Shown: positions 30,801-32,000 of the stretch, piece by piece
How the letters are laid out: each line of letters starts with the position of its first letter
Numbering within the stretch: the first letter of the stretch is position 1
The notes under the pieces: generated by a model
What the model was told of the DNA's origin: nothing
Databases searched by the model: none
Seen by the model: only the letters and a program-made list of their open reading frames with translations
Program-made: the position numbers and the translations under genes
Assembly (NCBI RefSeq): GCF_000009045.1
Contig: NC_000964.3
Span: forward strand, 1,950,001 to 1,982,000
Direction of reading: 5' to 3'
From: Bacillus subtilis subsp. subtilis str. 168
GTDB taxonomy: Bacteria; Bacillota; Bacilli; Bacillales; Bacillaceae
Length of the DNA: 32,000 nucleotides

Positions 30801-32000
30801 ACTTCAAGCGTTTCGCCAGAAAAGTTTGGTGCGGAGCATCCCGGCTGTGTCAGCAAGAGCGATGCCCCGCTGTCTTTCAGCATGTAGCTCAGCCGCTCCT
30901 TTGGATACGCAGGATCAAGCGGCAAATACGCCCCTCCGGCCTTCAATACAGCAAGGACAGCGATCAGCATGTCAGGTGAGCGTTCAGACAGGACACCGAC
31001 GATACTTTCGTTTGTGACGCCGCGTGCCGCAAGGTGCGCAGCCAGCCGGCTGGCGTACATATCAAGCTCAGCGTATGTCAGCGAACCGCCTGAAAAGCGA
31101 ATGGCCAGCCGCTCCGGTGTGACTGCCGCCTGTCGTTCAAACAGCCCATGCAGGGTTGGGGCTTCAGGTGAAACAGATACTGTCCTGTTATTTTGAGAAA
31201 CGATTTTCCGTGTTTTGTCCTCATCTAGCAACGTCATCTTTGACACAGGAAGAGATGGATCAGAGATGACGTCAGAGACCATGTGCAGCAAATAATCTTT
31301 TATTTCGGACATCATGCTTGGTTGATAAGCGCTGGTCTGAAAATGAATCCGAACGTACAAGGTACGGCCTGGGATCACTTTGACACTGCAACTATAATTG
31401 GTCACCTCTTCCATCTCAAAATCTTTGACGGAGAAATCAAATGACCCCGCTTGATTCAGCTCTTCGATCTCTTGCTGGGTAGGTGTATTTTCAAAGACGA
31501 TAATATGATCGATCAACTCTTGCTTTAGAGCACTCTGCGCCTGAATATCATACAAGGGAAAGTAACTATAGGCTTCTGCCTCATTCATGTCCTTTTGCAT
31601 TCTCCTGACTAGGTCAGAAAAAGACAGAGAATCACTTTGGGCTCGAATAGGAATGGTATTGATAAAAAGCCCGACCATGTTTTCCACATCTTTTAGCTCA
31701 GAAGGTCTGCCTGATATAACTGAACCGAACACAGCATCGCTGCTGCGATTGACCTTTTGAAGCATAATCCCCCATAAAGCTTGGAAAACAGTGTTTAGTG
31801 TCGCACCAGAAGCTGCTGCGATTTTCTGTAATTCGGCGGTTTCTTTTTCGGGAATGGCAAACGTGATCTGCTGTAGTGTCCCATTCGGAATTTGATCTGT
31901 TCTTTTCGGCAGGGGTGTAGATTTTTCGAAATGCTGAAGCCTCTTTTTCCAGTACTCAGCTGCTTCTTCACGATCTTGCTGCATCAGCCATTTAATATAC
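24881..32000 (-). CDS. ppsC: Plipastatin/fengycin synthetase subunit C, C(partial)-A(Glu)-T-C-A(Val/Ala)-T-E; 5' end beyond the right edge (about 2373 codons present)
   Basis: Track ORF 24881..31984 begins at an internal Met. The frame stays open to position 32000, and the first residues align to about position 190 of a C domain, so the gene is 5'-truncated by the window. Confidence 0.95.
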   Translation of the reverse strand, partial: YIKWLMQQDREEAAEYWKKRLQHFEKSTPLPKRTDQIPNGTLQQITFAIPEKETAELQKIAAASGATLNTVFQALWGIMLQKVNRSSDAVFGSVISGRPSELKDVENMVGLFINTIPIRAQSDSLSFSDLVRRMQKDMNEAEAYSYFPLYDIQAQSALKQELIDHIIVFENTPTQQEIEELNQAGSFDFSVKDFEMEEVTNYSCSVKVIPGRTLYVRIHFQTSAYQPSMMSEIKDYLLHMVSDVISDPSLPVSKMTLLDEDKTRKIVSQNNRTVSVSPEAPTLHGLFERQAAVTPERLAIRFSGGSLTYAELDMYASRLAAHLAARGVTNESIVGVLSERSPDMLIAVLAVLKAGGAYLPLDPAYPKERLSYMLKDSGASLLLTQPGCSAPNFSGETLEVDMTSLECEEVKRHVSASVSDGSLAYVIYTSGSTGQPKGVAVEHRQAVSFLTGMQHQFRLSEDDIVMVKTSFSFDASVWQLFWWALSGASAYLLPPGWEKDSALIVQAIHQENVTTAHFIPAMLNSFLDQAEIERLSDRTSLKRVFAGGEPLAPRTAARFASVLPQVSLIHGYGPTEATVDAAFYVLDPERDRDRLRIPIGKPVPGARLYVLDPHLAVQPSGVAGELYIAGAGVARGYLNRPALTEERFLEDPFYLGERMYKTGDVARWLPDGNVEFLGRTDDQVKIRGYRIEPGEIEAALRSIEGVREAAVTVRTDSGEPELCAYVEGLQRNEVRAQLQRLLPGYMVPAYMIEMEQWPVTPSGKLDRNALPAPGGAADAETYTAPRNVTEMKLSQLWEDVLKNGPVGIHDNFFDRGGHSLKATALVSRIAKEFDVQVPLKDVFAHPTVEGLATVIREGTDSPYEAIKPAEKQETYPVSSAQKRIYVLQQLEDGGTGYNMPAVLELEGKLNLERMDRAFKELIKRHESLRTAFEQDAGGDPVQRIHDEVPFTLQTTVLGARTEEEAAAAFIKPFDLSQAPLFRAQIVKVSDERHLLLVDMHHIISDGVSVNILIREFGELYNNRKLPALRIQYKDYAVWQEGFKTGDAYKTQGAYWLKQLEGELPVLDLPADHARPPMRSFAGDKVSFTLDQEVTSGLYKLARENGSTLYMVLLAAYTAFLSRLSGQEDIIVGSPIAGRPHKDLEPILGMFVNTLALRTRPEGGKPFVQYLQEVRETAMEAFEHQDYPFEELVDKLELTRDMSRNPLFDVMFVLQNMDQESLELDELCLKPAANNGHQTSKFDLTLYAQEQPRGLLTFQMEFSTDLYKKKTIEKWLQYFNNMLLSIIKDNKAALGTINILNEDEAHYLIHELNRTKIDYPRNETISRLFEMQAEQTPNAVAIVSDTQVFTYEDLNSWANQIASVLQIKGVGPDSVVALLTGRTPELIAGMLGILKAGGAYLPIDSNLPVERIAYMLSDSRAALLLQSEKTEKRLLGIECEQIIIEDIQKQGEAKNVESSAGPHSLAYIIYTSGSTGKPKGVMIEQRSVIRLVKNSNYITFTPEDRLLMTSSIGFDVGSFEIFGPLLNGAALHLSDQQTFLDSHQLKRYIEHQGITTIWLTSSLFNHLTEQNEQTFSQLKHLIIGGEALSPSHVNRIRNVCPEVSIWNGYGPTENTTFSTCLHIQKTYELSIPIGRPVGNSTAFILNQWGVLQPVGAVGELCVGGDGVARGYLGRPDLTKEKFVPHPFAPGDRLYRTGDLARWLSDGTIEYVGRIDDQVKVRGYRVELGEIETALRQIDGVKEAAVLARTAQTGSKELFGYISVKAGTNAEQVRSLLARSLPNYMIPAYIIEMETLPLTSNGKLNRKALPEPDVASKQTYIPPRNELEEQLALIWQEVLGIQRIGIEDSFFELGGDSIKALQVSARLGRYGLSLQVSDLFRHPKIKDLSPFIRKSERIIEQGPIQGDVPWTPVQQWFFSQDIEERHHFNQSVMLFHSGRLSENALRPALKKLAEHHDALRMVYRNDDRRWIQINQGIHESQLYSLRISDLSQSESGWETKIKQEVADLQQSINLQEGPLLHAALFKTLTGDYLFLAIHHLVVDGVSWRILLEDLSAGYQQAAAGQTIQLPPKTDSYQEYARRIQEYAQSSKLIREEAYWRSVEEQQAAELPYEIPHHVNIDFSKRDSLSFSLTEADTAVLLQNVNHAYGTDTQDILLTAASLAICEWTGGSKLRIAMEGHGREHILPELDISRTVGWFTSMYPALISFENHRDELGTSVKTVKDTLGRIPNKGVGYGMLKYLTHPENKSITFSKTPEISFNYLGQFNDIERQDTFRPSSLGSGKDITHTWKREQIIEMSAMAADKKLHFNLSYPPARFHRNTMEQLINRIEHFLLDIMKHCAGQQKAEKTLSDFSSQSLTAEDLDSISSLVEEL
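24965..26302 (-). other. ppsC: ppsC epimerisation domain (gives D-Ala/D-Val), followed by a C-terminal docking tail
   Basis: HHLVVDG at 25874-25894, then EGHGRE, VGWFTSMYP and FNYLGQF motifs. Confidence 0.85.
26324..26542 (-). other. ppsC: ppsC module 2 PCP domain (E-domain-partner type)
   Basis: FFELGGDSI, with the Ser codon at 26435-26437. Confidence 0.85.
26576..28039 (-). other. ppsC: ppsC module 2 adenylation domain, Val/Ala-type (approximate)
   Basis: A3 YTSGSTGKPKG at 27563-27595. The hand-derived code DVFWIGGTFK differs at one position from the Val code DAFWIGGTFK. Confidence 0.8.
28061..29386 (-). other. ppsC: ppsC module 2 condensation domain, LCL-type (approximate)
   Basis: HHIISDG at 28982-29002. 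Confidence 0.85.
28392..30132. repeat. Copy 2 (in ppsC) of the ~1.74-kb near-identical direct repeat
   Basis: Same evidence as copy 1. Outside the block, identity falls to the ordinary paralogue level. Just below the lower boundary I counted about 11 mismatches in 31 nt. Confidence 0.9.
29426..29653 (-). other. ppsC: ppsC module 1 PCP domain
   Basis: FFDRGGHSL, with the Ser codon at 29543-29545. Confidence 0.85.
29687..31162 (-). other. ppsC: ppsC module 1 adenylation domain, Glu (approximate)
   Basis: A3 YTSGSTGQPKG at 30686-30718. The hand-derived code is DAWHFGGVDK, the known Glu code. Confidence 0.85.
31181..32000 (-). other. ppsC: ppsC module 1 condensation domain, C-terminal two-thirds only
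   Basis: It aligns to ppsD C1 and the ppsE C domain ([29 protein letters not shown]). The HHxxxDG motif lies outside the window. Confidence 0.8.

Noticed and set aside
29902-30979. Long plus-strand ORFs (178 aa and 188 aa) antisense to ppsC, and similar ones at 16835-17392, 13651-14058 and 19120-19401.
   Set aside because: They lie wholly inside long, motif-validated NRPS reading frames. They lack SD sequences and have low-complexity Arg/Ser/Pro-rich translations typical of antisense frames in GC-rich coding DNA. Several occur as pairs only because they fall in the 1.74-kb repeat.
31984-32000. ATG 31984 as the start of ppsC.
   Set aside because: It is an internal methionine. The frame remains open to the window edge, and the sequence aligns to the middle of a condensation domain with no HHxxxDG motif in the window.
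1-32000. The suggestion that the window hides a previously undescribed system such as a defence island, toxin-antitoxin pair or novel RNA.
   Set aside because: Known-family genes and their terminators account for nearly every base. The only unexplained coding potential is the small frameshifted membrane ORF at 7451-7919. I saw no structured non-coding region longer than the three terminator hairpins.

Overview
Every gene I can support in this window lies on the minus strand. By gene order, protein lengths and motifs (from memory, no database search), it matches the Bacillus subtilis 168-type yngE-yngL / ppsE-ppsD-ppsC region.

Positions 1-7360 hold a tightly packed seven-gene acyl-CoA catabolic operon. 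It looks like a leucine/isovalerate (Liu-type) pathway:
- acyl-CoA dehydrogenase
- AMP-forming acyl-CoA synthetase
- biotin carboxylase
- a separate 73-aa biotinyl carrier
- HMG-CoA lyase
- enoyl-CoA hydratase
- carboxyltransferase (3' end runs off the left edge)

Positions 7451-10087 hold three further ORFs:
- a small membrane-protein ORF that looks frameshifted
- a secreted GHL10-family protein (yngK)
- a small membrane protein (yngL)

Positions 10198-32000 are the distal part of the plipastatin/fengycin NRPS operon:
- ppsE: C-A(Ile)-T-TE
- ppsD: C-A(Pro)-T-C-A(Gln)-T-C-A(Tyr)-T-E
- ppsC, about 2373 codons, 5' end off the right edge: C-A(Glu)-T-C-A(Val/Ala)-T-E

Specificity codes read by hand from the sequence give Glu, D-Val/Ala, Pro, Gln(Glu-like code), D-Tyr, Ile. 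These are residues 5-10 of plipastatin.

I found no CRISPR array, rRNA or tRNA gene, transposase or phage gene. I do not see a convincing undescribed system; this is a well-known locus.

The observations most worth a second look are:
1. A roughly 1.74-kb, roughly 97% identical, codon-aligned direct repeat shared by ppsC and ppsD.
2. A GC-rich compositional block in ppsC shaped like an A-T-C unit, which suggests the direction of gene conversion.
3. The in-frame module deletion this repeat could mediate.
4. An apparently frameshifted small membrane-protein gene between yngJ and yngK.
5. A CodY-box-like palindrome upstream of yngJ.
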